Assembly (NCBI GenBank): GCA_017536505.1
Contig: JAFXHG010000038.1
Location: forward strand, 129,163-193,162
Length of the DNA stretch: 64,000 nucleotides
Direction: 5' to 3'
Source of the DNA: Bacilli bacterium
GTDB lineage: Bacteria; Bacillota_I; Bacilli_A; RF39; UBA660
Shown in pieces: positions 24,735-35,848 of the stretch. The translations under genes were made by a program, and so were the position numbers. The notes beneath the pieces are model-generated. The model did not search any database. It was given only the letters and a program-made list of their open reading frames with translations, and had not been told where the DNA came from. The first letter of the stretch is position 1. Each line of letters begins with the position of its first letter.

Positions 24735-25211
24735 TTATCTAATTCTTCCTCCTTGATATATTTGATCCATTTGCTCAATAGTCATATTAGTTGTATCTAA
24801 ATTTCTTGGTTTTTTTGCAAATAATTTTTTAAAGAATCCTAAATCATTATATCGGTTTCTTAATCTTTCCATTGCTTCATTTTTTTGACGACTTAATTCT
24901 CGACGTTCTTCCATAGCAGCCATAGAAGCGCGATGCTCCGCTGCCTCTACTCTTCTATCAACCATTTCACCATAGCGAGCTTCTCTTCTAGCTTCTGCAG
25001 CTGCTGATGCTTTCTGTCTATCCAACTCAGCTTGATAATCTTCTCGATCTCTATTACGAGCTGCAGCTAGCATTCTTTCTTTTTCTTCTGCTGTCATTCC
25101 ATAATAAGGATCGTCTATTGTATTGTATCCACCTTTGTATCCACCAAAAGCACCTGCTCTATTTCGATCCCAATATTCCATATCTTTTTTTAAATCTTCT
25201 TCTCTACTCAT
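24735..25211 (-). CDS. Hypothetical Arg/Ala/Glu-rich coiled-coil protein
   Basis: 158 aa. The central segment AARNRDREDYQAELDRQKASAAAEARREARYGEMVDRRVEAAEHRASMAAMEERRELSRQK uses CGN Arg and GCG/GCC Ala codons that are rare elsewhere in the window. Confidence 0.45.
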   Translation of the reverse strand: MSREEDLKKDMEYWDRNRAGAFGGYKGGYNTIDDPYYGMTAEEKERMLAAARNRDREDYQAELDRQKASAAAEARREARYGEMVDRRVEAAEHRASMAAMEERRELSRQKNEAMERLRNRYNDLGFFKKLFAKKPRNLDTTNMTIEQMDQIYQGGRIR

Positions 25212-25338
25212 ATTATCACATCCTAAATAAAGGATAGCATATTAATTCATCTTTTGTCAAATATTTTTTTAAATTATTTCGATTTAATTGTAAAACAAAT
25301 GTATTTAAGGTATAATAATTAAAGAAAGATGGGATTAT

Positions 25339-26532
25339 ATGTATACATTTACAAATAATTTAGATAAGAAAGAATATAACAAATTTATCGAAAACTATTC
25401 TATGGCTAGTTTTATGCAAGAATATGAATGGTCAAACATTAAAGATAATTGGGAAAATTTTCATTGCGGTCTTTATAAAAACAAAAAATTAGTCGCTGTT
25501 TGTATGATTTTAGTAAAAAAAGTATTTAAAAATATTAAATTATTTTACATACCTAGAGGTTATTTAATAGATTTTAACAATTTAGAAGATTTAGAATCTA
25601 TGACTTATCATATAAAAAAATTAGCTAAAGAAAATAATGCTTATGTAGTTAAAATAGATCCTAACTTCTGTATAAGTGATAATAGTTTTAAAGATGAAGA
25701 AGTTGAACACAACTATTCAAAAAATTATAAAGTTAAACATGATAATCTTATTAAATTAGGTTATAAACATACAGGAATAAACAAGGAAATGGGTAAAAAT
25801 TTACAACCACAATACAATGTTATAGCGCCTTTATGTGACATTAATTCAAATATTTTAACAAGTGACGAAGTTTTAAAAACATACGGAAGAATAAAATCTT
25901 ATTGTGGTAATTATCATTCTAAAAGAGGAGTTAGTTTTGAAATTACTAATGATATAAACAGAATTGATGACTTAGTTAACCTTTTAAAACAAACTGAGAA
26001 AAAGCAAAACATAAATTTAAGAAACAAAGAATATTTTGTTAAAATTATGAAAAATTTTAAAGATACTGCTTACCTTGTTTTTGGAAATATAGATTTAAAT
26101 AAATATTTGAATTTCTTAAAAGAAAATAATGGCAAACAAGATTCTATTGATGAAGTAAAAAAATTAATAAAAGAATATGGTGACACTATGATTCTTTCTA
26201 CTGCTCTTATTTTACTTCCAAAAAACAAAAAAGGCATTAGAACCAGTGAATATTTATATGCAGGAAACAGTTTACATTTAACTAATCTACATGTGTCTGT
26301 AGGTTTAGTATTTGAAATAATCAAATTTTCTATTGAAAATAACTGTCATTATTGTAATTTGGGTGGTGTTGATGGCAACCTTAATGATCGCTTAACAACA
26401 TTCAAGCAAAGATTTAATGGTAGAATAATGGAATTTATAGGTGAATATGACTTACCTACTTCATGGCTTTACTATCCTATTAAAACTTTTTATCCATTAC
26501 TTTTAAAAATTTATAAAAAAATAAAAAGATAA
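25339..26532 (+). CDS. FemAB-family peptidoglycan interpeptide-bridge aminoacyltransferase
   Basis: 397 aa. N-terminus ...EYNKFIENYSMASFMQEYEWSNIKDNW... and length fit FemX/FemA/MurM. Confidence 0.75.
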   Translation: MYTFTNNLDKKEYNKFIENYSMASFMQEYEWSNIKDNWENFHCGLYKNKKLVAVCMILVKKVFKNIKLFYIPRGYLIDFNNLEDLESMTYHIKKLAKENNAYVVKIDPNFCISDNSFKDEEVEHNYSKNYKVKHDNLIKLGYKHTGINKEMGKNLQPQYNVIAPLCDINSNILTSDEVLKTYGRIKSYCGNYHSKRGVSFEITNDINRIDDLVNLLKQTEKKQNINLRNKEYFVKIMKNFKDTAYLVFGNIDLNKYLNFLKENNGKQDSIDEVKKLIKEYGDTMILSTALILLPKNKKGIRTSEYLYAGNSLHLTNLHVSVGLVFEIIKFSIENNCHYCNLGGVDGNLNDRLTTFKQRFNGRIMEFIGEYDLPTSWLYYPIKTFYPLLLKIYKKIKR

Positions 26533-26534
26533 TT

Positions 26535-28088
26535 TTAATTATCTTTTTTTATTTCTATTAAAGGTAAATTATATAAATTTGCTAATTCTATTGCTTTCAT
26601 ATATTTATCTATATTTCCATCATTTATATAATAAACAGCTTGTATTTTAGTCATAAAACCATTAAGAGCAATTCTGTTACATACTTTAAAATTCATAAAC
26701 TCTTGTTCCAATTGTAATGGAGTTTTCAAATTAGACATATCATCAATATTATCAACACTCATTATATCGTCGTTTTCAGTAATATACATTATATTGTTGT
26801 TATATTCACATATAAATCCTATTTGATAATCTTCATAATCAGTTACTCTATTTATCTCTTTTTTAGTTATTAATATAGTTTGATATTTTTCATCAATAAA
26901 TTGATTGTTTGCACATATAAAATAATAATCCTCATTAGGGTTATAATTATATATGTCAGTTATTGTATTCTTCCATATATCTTTAACTATTAATCCTAAT
27001 TTATAACTCAATTCATTTATATTATAATTCTCAGTATTTAATTCGTTATATAGATATTCTATTATACTTTTGTTTTCAGCATTTAATTTATCCATATAAT
27101 TAGCAGCTATGTAATTTAAAGATGTTTTTAAATTTTTAATTCCTACTTTTTCAAAAATAAATTTTTCTTCTTTTTTTCTATCGCTTATTTCTTGTACAAA
27201 TAATTCTTCAAAATTAGAAATATACGCTTTAAATCTCAATTCATCACTCAATATTTCATAAGTTTGTTTAGCATTTTCATAACTAGCATCATCATAAGCA
27301 ATTAATTTATTACAAAAATCTTTAAACTCGTTAAAAGATTGGATATGTTTACTATTTTCAGGTATTATATCTTCTAAATATTGAATCTGTTCTTTATATT
27401 TTACTATTTCAACATTAATTTTTTTATTTAATATTTCTAGCTTATCTTTCTTTTCTAAATTTATTTTCTTTTCTTCTTCTATATTTAATAATTTAAATAT
27501 TTCACAAATATACGATTCTCTTTTTATTTGTCTTTTTATATCTTCATATATATCAGGTGTGAAATAAGAGCTATATAAAACTAAATCATTATATTTTTCT
27601 AATAAAACTTTTCTCAAATTTTTATCTATATCTAAATTATTAAAATATGTAATACTAAATTTAGACTGTTTTTCATTATTTCTTTTAGTTATTTCTTTTA
27701 AAGAAGAAGCAACCATTCTATCTAGTCTCTCTATTCTTCTATAAATATTATCTAAAAGTTGCTTATTATATTTTGATTTTGATACATCATCATTTAATAA
27801 GTTTTTTGAATCTACATATCCATGTAATTCTATAATATCTTCTACGACATCGTCAAATTCTTGTGGTAAATCTTTATACTTTAAAATATTTATAGTATGG
27901 TATCTTTCGTAATTTTTATTTCTTAATTGACTTAATCTAATTTTTTGTTGTAATTCATCTTGCATGTCTTCATCATCAATTATTTCATATAATTTTTCTA
28001 ATTCTTTATTTAAATCTAAAGTTTCAAAAGAATAGTCAAAAAAGGCATTAGTATCTTCTAATGTTGGATTTGTTTTAACATTTTCCAT
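26535..28088 (-). CDS. Hypothetical acidic 517-aa protein
   Basis: Long uninterrupted ORF with no recognisable motif. Convergent with the fem-like gene. Confidence 0.5.
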   Translation of the reverse strand: MENVKTNPTLEDTNAFFDYSFETLDLNKELEKLYEIIDDEDMQDELQQKIRLSQLRNKNYERYHTINILKYKDLPQEFDDVVEDIIELHGYVDSKNLLNDDVSKSKYNKQLLDNIYRRIERLDRMVASSLKEITKRNNEKQSKFSITYFNNLDIDKNLRKVLLEKYNDLVLYSSYFTPDIYEDIKRQIKRESYICEIFKLLNIEEEKKINLEKKDKLEILNKKINVEIVKYKEQIQYLEDIIPENSKHIQSFNEFKDFCNKLIAYDDASYENAKQTYEILSDELRFKAYISNFEELFVQEISDRKKEEKFIFEKVGIKNLKTSLNYIAANYMDKLNAENKSIIEYLYNELNTENYNINELSYKLGLIVKDIWKNTITDIYNYNPNEDYYFICANNQFIDEKYQTILITKKEINRVTDYEDYQIGFICEYNNNIMYITENDDIMSVDNIDDMSNLKTPLQLEQEFMNFKVCNRIALNGFMTKIQAVYYINDGNIDKYMKAIELANLYNLPLIEIKKDN

Positions 28089-28155
28089 AACAACACCTCT
28101 TTATTCTATAGATATTTTATCATACTTTATTTTTTTTTACAATAAAAGAAGATAA

Positions 28156-30186
28156 TTATTCATTATCTTCCAACTCTTTAATTAATTCTTCTTTTTTCAT
28201 TTTGCTTGTATTTTTTATATTTTTTTCTTTTGCTAATTCTCTTAACTCTTCTACAGTTAAATCACTTAAAGATGCTTCCTTATAATCAGTTAAATCTGTT
28301 TCTCCATCTTCATCAGGCATACAACCATTTTTAACTAGATAATCAATTTGTTCTTTAGTAATTGTTTCATATTCAAGAAGTGTGTTAGCTATTAAATCAA
28401 GTAAATCTCTATTATCTTTTAAGATTTTTTGAGTTTTTTCATAACACTCATTTATTATTTTTCTTTGAGCTTGATCTATTTCAAAAGCAACCTGGCTAGA
28501 AAAATTACGACTCTTATTATAATCTCTACCCAAGAATACACTTGATTCTTGATGTTCAAATTGAATAGGCCCTAAATCACTCATACCATATTCAGTAACC
28601 ATAGCTCTTGCTATTTTAGTAGCTTTTTCAAAGTCATTGTGAGCTCCTGTTGTTACTTCTTTAAATACAATTTCTTCAGCAACACGTCCACCTAGTAAGC
28701 CGCTTATTGTTTCAAGCAACTCATTTTTAGTAGATAGGAAAGTTTCCTCACGAGGTAACATTAAATTATATCCTCCAGCTTGACCACGAGGTATAATTGT
28801 TATTTTTTGTACTTCGTTAGCACCTTCTAATTTTATTCCAACAACTGCATGACCAGCTTCGTGGTAAGCAACTAAACGTTTCTCTTTTTCAGTATATTTT
28901 TTAGTAACTTTTGCAGGTCCCATTAAAACTCTATCATGAGCTTCATCTATTTCTGCCATAGTTATAGCATTTTTCTTTCTTCTTACAGTAAGTAATGCAG
29001 CTTCATTTAATAAATTCTCTAAATCCGCTCCACTAAATCCTACTGTTCTTTTAGCTATATTTTCTAATTTAACACCTTTAGCAAAAGTTTTACCTTTGGC
29101 ATGTACTTCTAAGATTTCTTCTCTTCCTCTTACATCTGGTAAATTAACTGTAATTTGTCTATCAAATCTTCCTGGTCTAAGTAAAGCAGGGTCAAGTACG
29201 TCTGGTCTATTAGTAGCAGCTATGACAATGATTCCTTCATTAGCACCAAATCCATCCATCTCAGTAAGTAATTGATTAAGAGTTTGTTCTCTTTCATCAT
29301 GTCCTCCACCAAGACCAGTTCCTCTTTGACGCCCAACTGCATCTATTTCATCTATAAATATCAAGCAAGGTGCATTTTGTTTTGCTTGTTTAAACATATC
29401 TCTAACACGACTTGCTCCTACTCCTACAAATAGTTCAACAAAGTCAGATCCACTTATAAAGTAGAATGGTACATTTGCCTCACCTGCAACTGCTTTAGCA
29501 AGTAATGTTTTACCAGTTCCTGGAGGACCTACTAAAAGTACACCTTTAGGAATTCTAGCTCCCATTTTTTGAAACTTTTTAGGTTCTTTTAAGAAATCTA
29601 TAAGTTCTTGTACTTCTTCTTTTTCTTCAGTTAAACCTGCAACTTTATCAAATTTAACTTTATCTTTATCACTTGTAAGTCTAGCTCTACTTCTTCCAAA
29701 ATCCATTGATTTATTAGCGCTTCCCATTTGTCTAGAAATGAAGAAATATCCAATACCTAGTAAAAGTACAATTGGTAATACGTTAACTAAAAACAATACA
29801 AACCAACTAGAACCTGGATCTTTAGCTACTGTTATTTCTAATTCGTTTTCTTCTTTAGTTCCATTTGCTTCTGCTTCTTTTTTGTTTTCTTCTTTTAAAT
29901 CATATATTTGTTTTATTGTTTCATCACTTAAAGTAGCAGACACAGTAAATGTTTCATTTTCTTTATATCCATCTAATTTACCTGTTAATGAATATATTCC
30001 TTGACCACTATTAGGAGTAATTGTTATCTCCGTAACTTTATCATTTTCTAATTCAGTCAAAAATTCACTATAAGTCAATTTATTTACTTTAGTATTTAAT
30101 AAGTTAATAAAATAAAATACACCTAATATAACTGCAAATAAAAATATATATGAAAATAAACTTCTTTTAACTACTTTTTTATCCAT
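28156..30186 (-). CDS. ftsH: ATP-dependent zinc metalloprotease FtsH with a C-terminal HeH (Rho_N-like) tail
   Basis: GPPGTGKT Walker A, HEAGHA zinc site, two N-terminal TMs. The tail is [34 protein letters not shown]. Confidence 0.95.
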   Translation of the reverse strand: MDKKVVKRSLFSYIFLFAVILGVFYFINLLNTKVNKLTYSEFLTELENDKVTEITITPNSGQGIYSLTGKLDGYKENETFTVSATLSDETIKQIYDLKEENKKEAEANGTKEENELEITVAKDPGSSWFVLFLVNVLPIVLLLGIGYFFISRQMGSANKSMDFGRSRARLTSDKDKVKFDKVAGLTEEKEEVQELIDFLKEPKKFQKMGARIPKGVLLVGPPGTGKTLLAKAVAGEANVPFYFISGSDFVELFVGVGASRVRDMFKQAKQNAPCLIFIDEIDAVGRQRGTGLGGGHDEREQTLNQLLTEMDGFGANEGIIVIAATNRPDVLDPALLRPGRFDRQITVNLPDVRGREEILEVHAKGKTFAKGVKLENIAKRTVGFSGADLENLLNEAALLTVRRKKNAITMAEIDEAHDRVLMGPAKVTKKYTEKEKRLVAYHEAGHAVVGIKLEGANEVQKITIIPRGQAGGYNLMLPREETFLSTKNELLETISGLLGGRVAEEIVFKEVTTGAHNDFEKATKIARAMVTEYGMSDLGPIQFEHQESSVFLGRDYNKSRNFSSQVAFEIDQAQRKIINECYEKTQKILKDNRDLLDLIANTLLEYETITKEQIDYLVKNGCMPDEDGETDLTDYKEASLSDLTVEELRELAKEKNIKNTSKMKKEELIKELEDNE

Positions 30187-30198
30187 GTTATTCCTCCT

Positions 30199-31515
30199 CT
30201 AATCATACTTTAATATTATATCATATTTTTGTTCTTTTTTCATGTCGAAATGTGATTTTTTAATACCTGGAATCCAAATTATTTCTCCTGTATCATCTGT
30301 AACTATAGGATGAATACTTCTTAATTCCTTTGATAGTTTAACATCTATAAATATATCACTAATTTTTTTACTACCTAACATATTTTTTACAATCATTCTA
30401 TCACCATTTCTATAATTTCTAACATGAAATGGTAATTTAATATCTTTACTATTCAAATGTATAACATAATTATTTGTTAATTCTGTATTATTATCTATTT
30501 TAATACTTTTACCATTAGGTAATTCAACATAATCATTAAATGTATATTCATAAGATTCAGTATTGATTTTTTCAGCAACCTTAAATTTATTATATTCTAT
30601 TATTCCTTTTTTATTATATGGTAAGTCAAATACGGTATTAATATTATTTAACATATAATTAATAATTATATTAATATGGGTGTTATTGATTTCAGTAATA
30701 TTATCTTTGTAAATGTTTTTTAAGTATTTTTCTAAAATATACATTTTTATAATATCATCTAATTCATTAAACTTTGTTATATTTATTTCATTATTTATAA
30801 CACAAATTTCATAATATTTATCTGATTCCTTTTTTAAATAATTATTTGCCATCAGTAATTTTTCGTTAAATTCTATAAATTTAAGATGTACATTATTATT
30901 TTCTTTTTTTAATTCAGGTAATATATATTTCCTATATCTATTTCTAGTATATTTGTCATTTTCATTTGACATATCTTTGGCATACCATATACCTTTTTCA
31001 TTTAATATTTCTTCTATTTCTTTCTTTGTTAAAAAAATAAGCGGTCTTGCGATTTTATAACCTCTATCATAAGATATTGTTTCAAATCCTGAATATCCTT
31101 TTATAGTAGAACCACGTGTTAAACGCATTAAAACAGTCTCAATTAAGTCATCGCCATGGTGCGCTGTAAAGAGAATATTAGAATTATATTTTTTTATTAT
31201 TTTATCAAAAAATTCATATCTGATTTTTCTAGCTATTTCTTCGCTAAATTTACCATTTGGATATTTATCAATCTTTTTTAGTTCAAATATTAGATTATTC
31301 TTTTTACAAAACTTCTCTACTTCTATAGCCTCGTAATCACTTTCTTTTCTTAAGTTATGATGTACATGAGCAACTACTATTTTTAAATTCATTTTATCCC
31401 TTAAATCTAATAATATATCTAAAAGCAGCATTGAATCTGGTCCTCCACTTATAGCAGCTATTACAGTATTATTATTTATATTTAATTTTTCAATAAATTT
31501 ATATACAGAGTTCAT
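30199..31515 (-). CDS. tilS: tRNA(Ile)-lysidine synthase
   Basis: AISGGPDSMLL PP-loop, 438 aa, upstream of ftsH as in most Firmicutes. Confidence 0.9.
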   Translation of the reverse strand: MNSVYKFIEKLNINNNTVIAAISGGPDSMLLLDILLDLRDKMNLKIVVAHVHHNLRKESDYEAIEVEKFCKKNNLIFELKKIDKYPNGKFSEEIARKIRYEFFDKIIKKYNSNILFTAHHGDDLIETVLMRLTRGSTIKGYSGFETISYDRGYKIARPLIFLTKKEIEEILNEKGIWYAKDMSNENDKYTRNRYRKYILPELKKENNNVHLKFIEFNEKLLMANNYLKKESDKYYEICVINNEINITKFNELDDIIKMYILEKYLKNIYKDNITEINNTHINIIINYMLNNINTVFDLPYNKKGIIEYNKFKVAEKINTESYEYTFNDYVELPNGKSIKIDNNTELTNNYVIHLNSKDIKLPFHVRNYRNGDRMIVKNMLGSKKISDIFIDVKLSKELRSIHPIVTDDTGEIIWIPGIKKSHFDMKKEQKYDIILKYD

Positions 31516-31591
31516 AAAACCACCTGTTTAATATTTTATTATAAAATCATTTTTATATCAATACTTTTCACTAAATAAACACAAAAGCATA

Positions 31592-32047
31592 TCACTTATG
31601 ATATGCTTCATTATTATTTATTTTAAAGGTTCTATAGATTTGTTCTAACAAATTAACTCTAAATAATTGATGTGGAAAAGTAAGTTTAGAAAATGATAAT
31701 TTATAATCACTTCTAGCTTTTATATCTTGGTGTATTCCATAAGATCCACCTATTACGAAAGTAATAGTAGAATTAGTATTAAATATATTATCTATTTTTC
31801 TTGCTAATTCAATACTGCTTAGCATATTGCCTTCTATTTCCATCGTAATTACAAAATCTCTAGTATCTATATGTTTTTCTATTAATTCTTTTTCTTTTAA
31901 AAGAACTATATCAATACTTGGATTATCTATATCATTAACTTCTATTATTTCTAATTTCGTATATTTAGATATTCTTTTTTTATATTCTTCTATAGCGTCT
32001 TTTAAATATTTTTCTTTTATTTTTCCTACACAAATTATTTTTATCAT
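31592..32047 (-). CDS. rlmH: 23S rRNA (pseudouridine1915-N3)-methyltransferase
   Basis: 151 aa SPOUT. MIKIICVGKIKEKYLKDAIEEYKKRI... and FVIGGSYG motifs. Confidence 0.9.
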   Translation of the reverse strand: MIKIICVGKIKEKYLKDAIEEYKKRISKYTKLEIIEVNDIDNPSIDIVLLKEKELIEKHIDTRDFVITMEIEGNMLSSIELARKIDNIFNTNSTITFVIGGSYGIHQDIKARSDYKLSFSKLTFPHQLFRVNLLEQIYRTFKINNNEAYHK

Positions 32048-32805
32048 AATTCTATTAACTCCGTCATTTCATTTTGTCTAGCTACTATTATATTTTTAAA
32101 ATCTATATTTTTTCTTTCTAATGTTTGATTTAAAGTAGAAAGTGCTAGTTCTTCTGTATTATTTTGTTCACTTAAGTGAGCTAAAACTATATGTTTAGTA
32201 TTGTTTCCTATCAATCTACTTAAATAATATGCAGAATCTTTGTTAGATAAATGTCCTTTATCACTTAATATTCTTATCTTAGTATGATGAGGATATTTAG
32301 GATTATTCATAAGCATTTCTACGTCATGATTACTTTCGAACACATATAAATTTTTATTTTTTATGTATTCGAAGTTTTTTTCATTTATATATCCTGTATC
32401 TGTAATATAGACCATAGAAGATCCTTTTTCTTCTATTAAATAACCTCTTATATCAGTAACATCATGTGATAATCTTATAGATTTTATAATAATGTCACTA
32501 TTTATTTCTATAACTTCATTACTACTAATATTTTCTATTTTTAAATTAGATTCTTTTAATATCTTATCTGATATATATACCAGTGGATTGTATTTTTTTG
32601 AAAAAACTTTTAAGCCGCCCACATGATCTATATGTGCATGTGTAACTAAAATCATATCTATATCTGAAGGGCTTACTCCAATAGATTTTAAACTTTTTTC
32701 AACATACAAAGAACTTGTACCTATGTCTATTAATATTTTATGATTATTTGTTTCAACATAAGTACAATTTCCTTTGCTTCCACTTGATAAAACACATACT
32801 TTCAT
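32044..32805 (-). CDS. MBL-fold metallo-hydrolase (YycJ/WalJ-like)
   Basis: VTHAHIDHVGG motif. Position next to rlmH as in the B. subtilis yycJ region. Confidence 0.8.
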   Translation of the reverse strand: MKVCVLSSGSKGNCTYVETNNHKILIDIGTSSLYVEKSLKSIGVSPSDIDMILVTHAHIDHVGGLKVFSKKYNPLVYISDKILKESNLKIENISSNEVIEINSDIIIKSIRLSHDVTDIRGYLIEEKGSSMVYITDTGYINEKNFEYIKNKNLYVFESNHDVEMLMNNPKYPHHTKIRILSDKGHLSNKDSAYYLSRLIGNNTKHIVLAHLSEQNNTEELALSTLNQTLERKNIDFKNIIVARQNEMTELIEL

Positions 32806-34505
32806 CGATAATAATTTAAAGGATTAGTAGTACAAGCATATCTAGCACATGTTCTTATTTCATAATGTAAATGTGGTCCTGTTGCCCAACCAGTATCTCC
32901 TACATAACCAATTATTTGACCACGAGATACTGTACTTCCAACAGATAAGTTAGGTGCAAAGCCTTTCATGTGTGCATATACAGTATAATAACCGTTATTA
33001 TGATTTATAATTATATGATATCCATAATTATACACATATTCCATTGTTACAATAGTACCATTGTTAGCAGCATATACATTAGATCCATATCCAGTTCCTG
33101 CTATATCAATTCCTGAATGGAAATTTCCTTCTCCAAATAACTGTAATCTATATCCATAGTATGAAGAGAAAGTATAACCACTATTTGTTGGCCATCCCCA
33201 AGATGCAGTACTTCCAACATTAGGTACATATTTTGTCCCTATATTAATAATTTTAGGTATAGAACTTTTTAATACCTCTTTACCTTCAGGATCTACATAA
33301 CTAATTTCTCCATTTACACTTTTTACATTTTGGCTAACTCTTTCTAGACCATTTTCACCCTGTTGAGCAACAACAATACTTCCTTGAGTAAGGTTCTTAT
33401 CGTGTTGTTCTATAATTTCAAAATCAGTTTCTTTATCTACTACTTCATAAGATTCTACTACTATTTTAATTTTAGGATCTACTGTAGAAATAGTTACATC
33501 TGTTCCTGTAACTAGCAAATTATCTCTACTAGTATATTGTGAATTGAAAATTAAGAATTCTTGTACACTTATTTGATTTTCAAAAGCAAGAGACTCTATA
33601 GAATCTCCAGTTTTTACTTTAACTTTTTTTTCTTCAAATTTATCACCATATAAAAGATATGCAGATAAATCTTTTGAAGAAGTATAAATTTTTTCTTCTA
33701 CAGGGATATTTACAGCTTTATAAGTTATCTCTTCTTGAACATATATATTTTCTATTATTGATCCTGTTGTAACTATTTCTGTTTGTTGATCATTTTTATA
33801 TGCTTCATATTTAACATCATCAACAAAAATAGTTATCAAATCTTCTATTGCGTCAGAAAATATTTTTTTATCTATTGTATAAATTTCAATATCTGATCCT
33901 TCTTCTTCTGATCTTTTTATTGTAAATTTATACCCAGATATTGTACTTGTTTTCTTAGACATTATCTCTTTATATATTTGTTCAACAGATGTTAAATTAT
34001 TATCATATGTATATACTTTTTTTATTTCAGTACCTTCTGGTGAATATACATCGTCAACATATTCGTAAATACTATTTTTATGAACATACAATCTCATTTG
34101 TTCTACATCTGGGCCTAAATAATTATATAGATAATTATTCTTATAGAAATTTAAATTTTCTACTTCCAAATCAGTTAAATTATATAATTCTCTATTAGCT
34201 ATTAGATAATTAGCTTTTTCAAGTAAGGAATAATTTCCTATATTTACGTTAGATTCATATTTTTTAAAAGTATCTATTGCATCTAATTTTAAATTATACT
34301 CTTTTAAATTTTCTTTTATAGCATCAGCTTGTTTATTTATGTAATCTTCTAATTCTTTTTTTGATTCTATTAAACCAATAGATTCATTATCCAAATAAAC
34401 TTGGTAATATGCATTGGGTTTTGAAGTTGTCTTATATCCAAAACCAAGTAAAAACACTATAACTGATAACAAAATTATAAAAAAGTATGTACTTATTTTT
34501 TTCAT
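32802..34505 (-). CDS. Membrane-anchored peptidoglycan hydrolase: LysM-like + G5-like + M23 domains
   Basis: C-terminal FHSGIDIAG...YAHM...GDTGWATGPHLHYEI (M23). A G5-like segment ...QQGENGLERVSQNVKSVNGEISY...IINIGTK. Confidence 0.8.
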   Translation of the reverse strand: MKKISTYFFIILLSVIVFLLGFGYKTTSKPNAYYQVYLDNESIGLIESKKELEDYINKQADAIKENLKEYNLKLDAIDTFKKYESNVNIGNYSLLEKANYLIANRELYNLTDLEVENLNFYKNNYLYNYLGPDVEQMRLYVHKNSIYEYVDDVYSPEGTEIKKVYTYDNNLTSVEQIYKEIMSKKTSTISGYKFTIKRSEEEGSDIEIYTIDKKIFSDAIEDLITIFVDDVKYEAYKNDQQTEIVTTGSIIENIYVQEEITYKAVNIPVEEKIYTSSKDLSAYLLYGDKFEEKKVKVKTGDSIESLAFENQISVQEFLIFNSQYTSRDNLLVTGTDVTISTVDPKIKIVVESYEVVDKETDFEIIEQHDKNLTQGSIVVAQQGENGLERVSQNVKSVNGEISYVDPEGKEVLKSSIPKIINIGTKYVPNVGSTASWGWPTNSGYTFSSYYGYRLQLFGEGNFHSGIDIAGTGYGSNVYAANNGTIVTMEYVYNYGYHIIINHNNGYYTVYAHMKGFAPNLSVGSTVSRGQIIGYVGDTGWATGPHLHYEIRTCARYACTTNPLNYYR

Positions 34506-34512
34506 AACTCAC

Positions 34513-35841
34513 CTAATTTTCTTCTTTTACATTAGCAACGTTTACAAACGTACTAGTACCCCTCTGAAAAATAAGCGGAACATCTGCTAAAGGACCGTTA
34601 CGATGCTTCCTTATAACAAATTCCATTAAACTATTTTGTTTTTCTCTTTCTTCATCAGAACAATGTAAGAATGCAACTATATCAGCATCTTGTTCGATTG
34701 CCCCAGACTCTCTTAAGTCGCTAAGCATTGGTTTTTTATCAACACGTTGTTCGATTCCACGAGAAAGTTGTGATAAAGCTATTACTGGGACATTTAGTTC
34801 CATAGCCATAGTTTTTAAAGCTCGTGATATGTCAGCAACTTCTTGTTGTCTATTAGCTCCATTTTTACTGCTTCCTTGAATTAAAGTTAAGTAGTCAATT
34901 ACTACTATATCAAGTCCACTTGGACTAGTAGCAAGTTTTCTACATTTACTTCTAATCTCTCCTACTGTTTGTCCAGCTGTATCATCTATAAATATATTAG
35001 TATTAGATAATCTACTTATAGCTTCGTTAACTCTTTTCCAATCAGAATGTTCTAAATTTCCTGTTTTTAATTTAGATCCTTCTATTTGTCCAACACTAGC
35101 AAGCATACGAGTAGCAAGTTGTTCAGCGCCCATTTCCATATTGAATAGAGCAACTGTTTTTTTACTATTGATCGCTATATTTGTAACAAAATTTAATGCT
35201 ATAGCTGTTTTTCCCATACCTGGACGAGCTGCTATTATTATTAATTCATGTGGATGAAATCCTGAAGTTAACTTATCTAACTCATAATACCCTGTTGGTA
35301 TACCAGTAATATCACCTTTATTTGCAGCTAATTTTTCTAAATCCGCTTGAGTCTTATATAAAACATCTTGAATACTTTTAAACTCAGTACTTCTAAGACT
35401 TTTTGATACATCAAATATTTTCTTTTCTGCTTTTTCAATTACTTCACTTATATTATTAGAAGTATTGTAACTATTTGTTATAATAGAAGTTGCTTCATCA
35501 ATAAGCCTTCTAAGTATGGATTTATCTTCTACAATTTTTATATATTCATCAATGTTAGCAGCACTTGGAACACTTTCTATTATCTCTGTTAAATATTCAA
35601 TATCACCAATAGTTTTTAGCCAATTTCTGTTATTTAATTCATCTGCAACTGTAGTTAAATCTACTACGCTACCCCTTGCATCTAAACTTTTAATACACTC
35701 AAAAATTTTAGAATGATTATCTAAATAAAATTCGCTACCATTTAATAATTCTAAAGCTTTTTGTAATGCTTTTTTAGTTAAAAACATTGAACCTAATACA
35801 GATTGTTCAGCATCTATATTATGAGGTATCTCTCTATTCAT
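34513..35841 (-). CDS. dnaB: Replicative DNA helicase
   Basis: PHNIDAEQSVLGSMF N-terminus, GMGKTA Walker A, 442 aa, downstream of rplI. Confidence 0.95.
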   Translation of the reverse strand: MNREIPHNIDAEQSVLGSMFLTKKALQKALELLNGSEFYLDNHSKIFECIKSLDARGSVVDLTTVADELNNRNWLKTIGDIEYLTEIIESVPSAANIDEYIKIVEDKSILRRLIDEATSIITNSYNTSNNISEVIEKAEKKIFDVSKSLRSTEFKSIQDVLYKTQADLEKLAANKGDITGIPTGYYELDKLTSGFHPHELIIIAARPGMGKTAIALNFVTNIAINSKKTVALFNMEMGAEQLATRMLASVGQIEGSKLKTGNLEHSDWKRVNEAISRLSNTNIFIDDTAGQTVGEIRSKCRKLATSPSGLDIVVIDYLTLIQGSSKNGANRQQEVADISRALKTMAMELNVPVIALSQLSRGIEQRVDKKPMLSDLRESGAIEQDADIVAFLHCSDEEREKQNSLMEFVIRKHRNGPLADVPLIFQRGTSTFVNVANVKEEN

Positions 35842-35848
35842 ACTTCAC

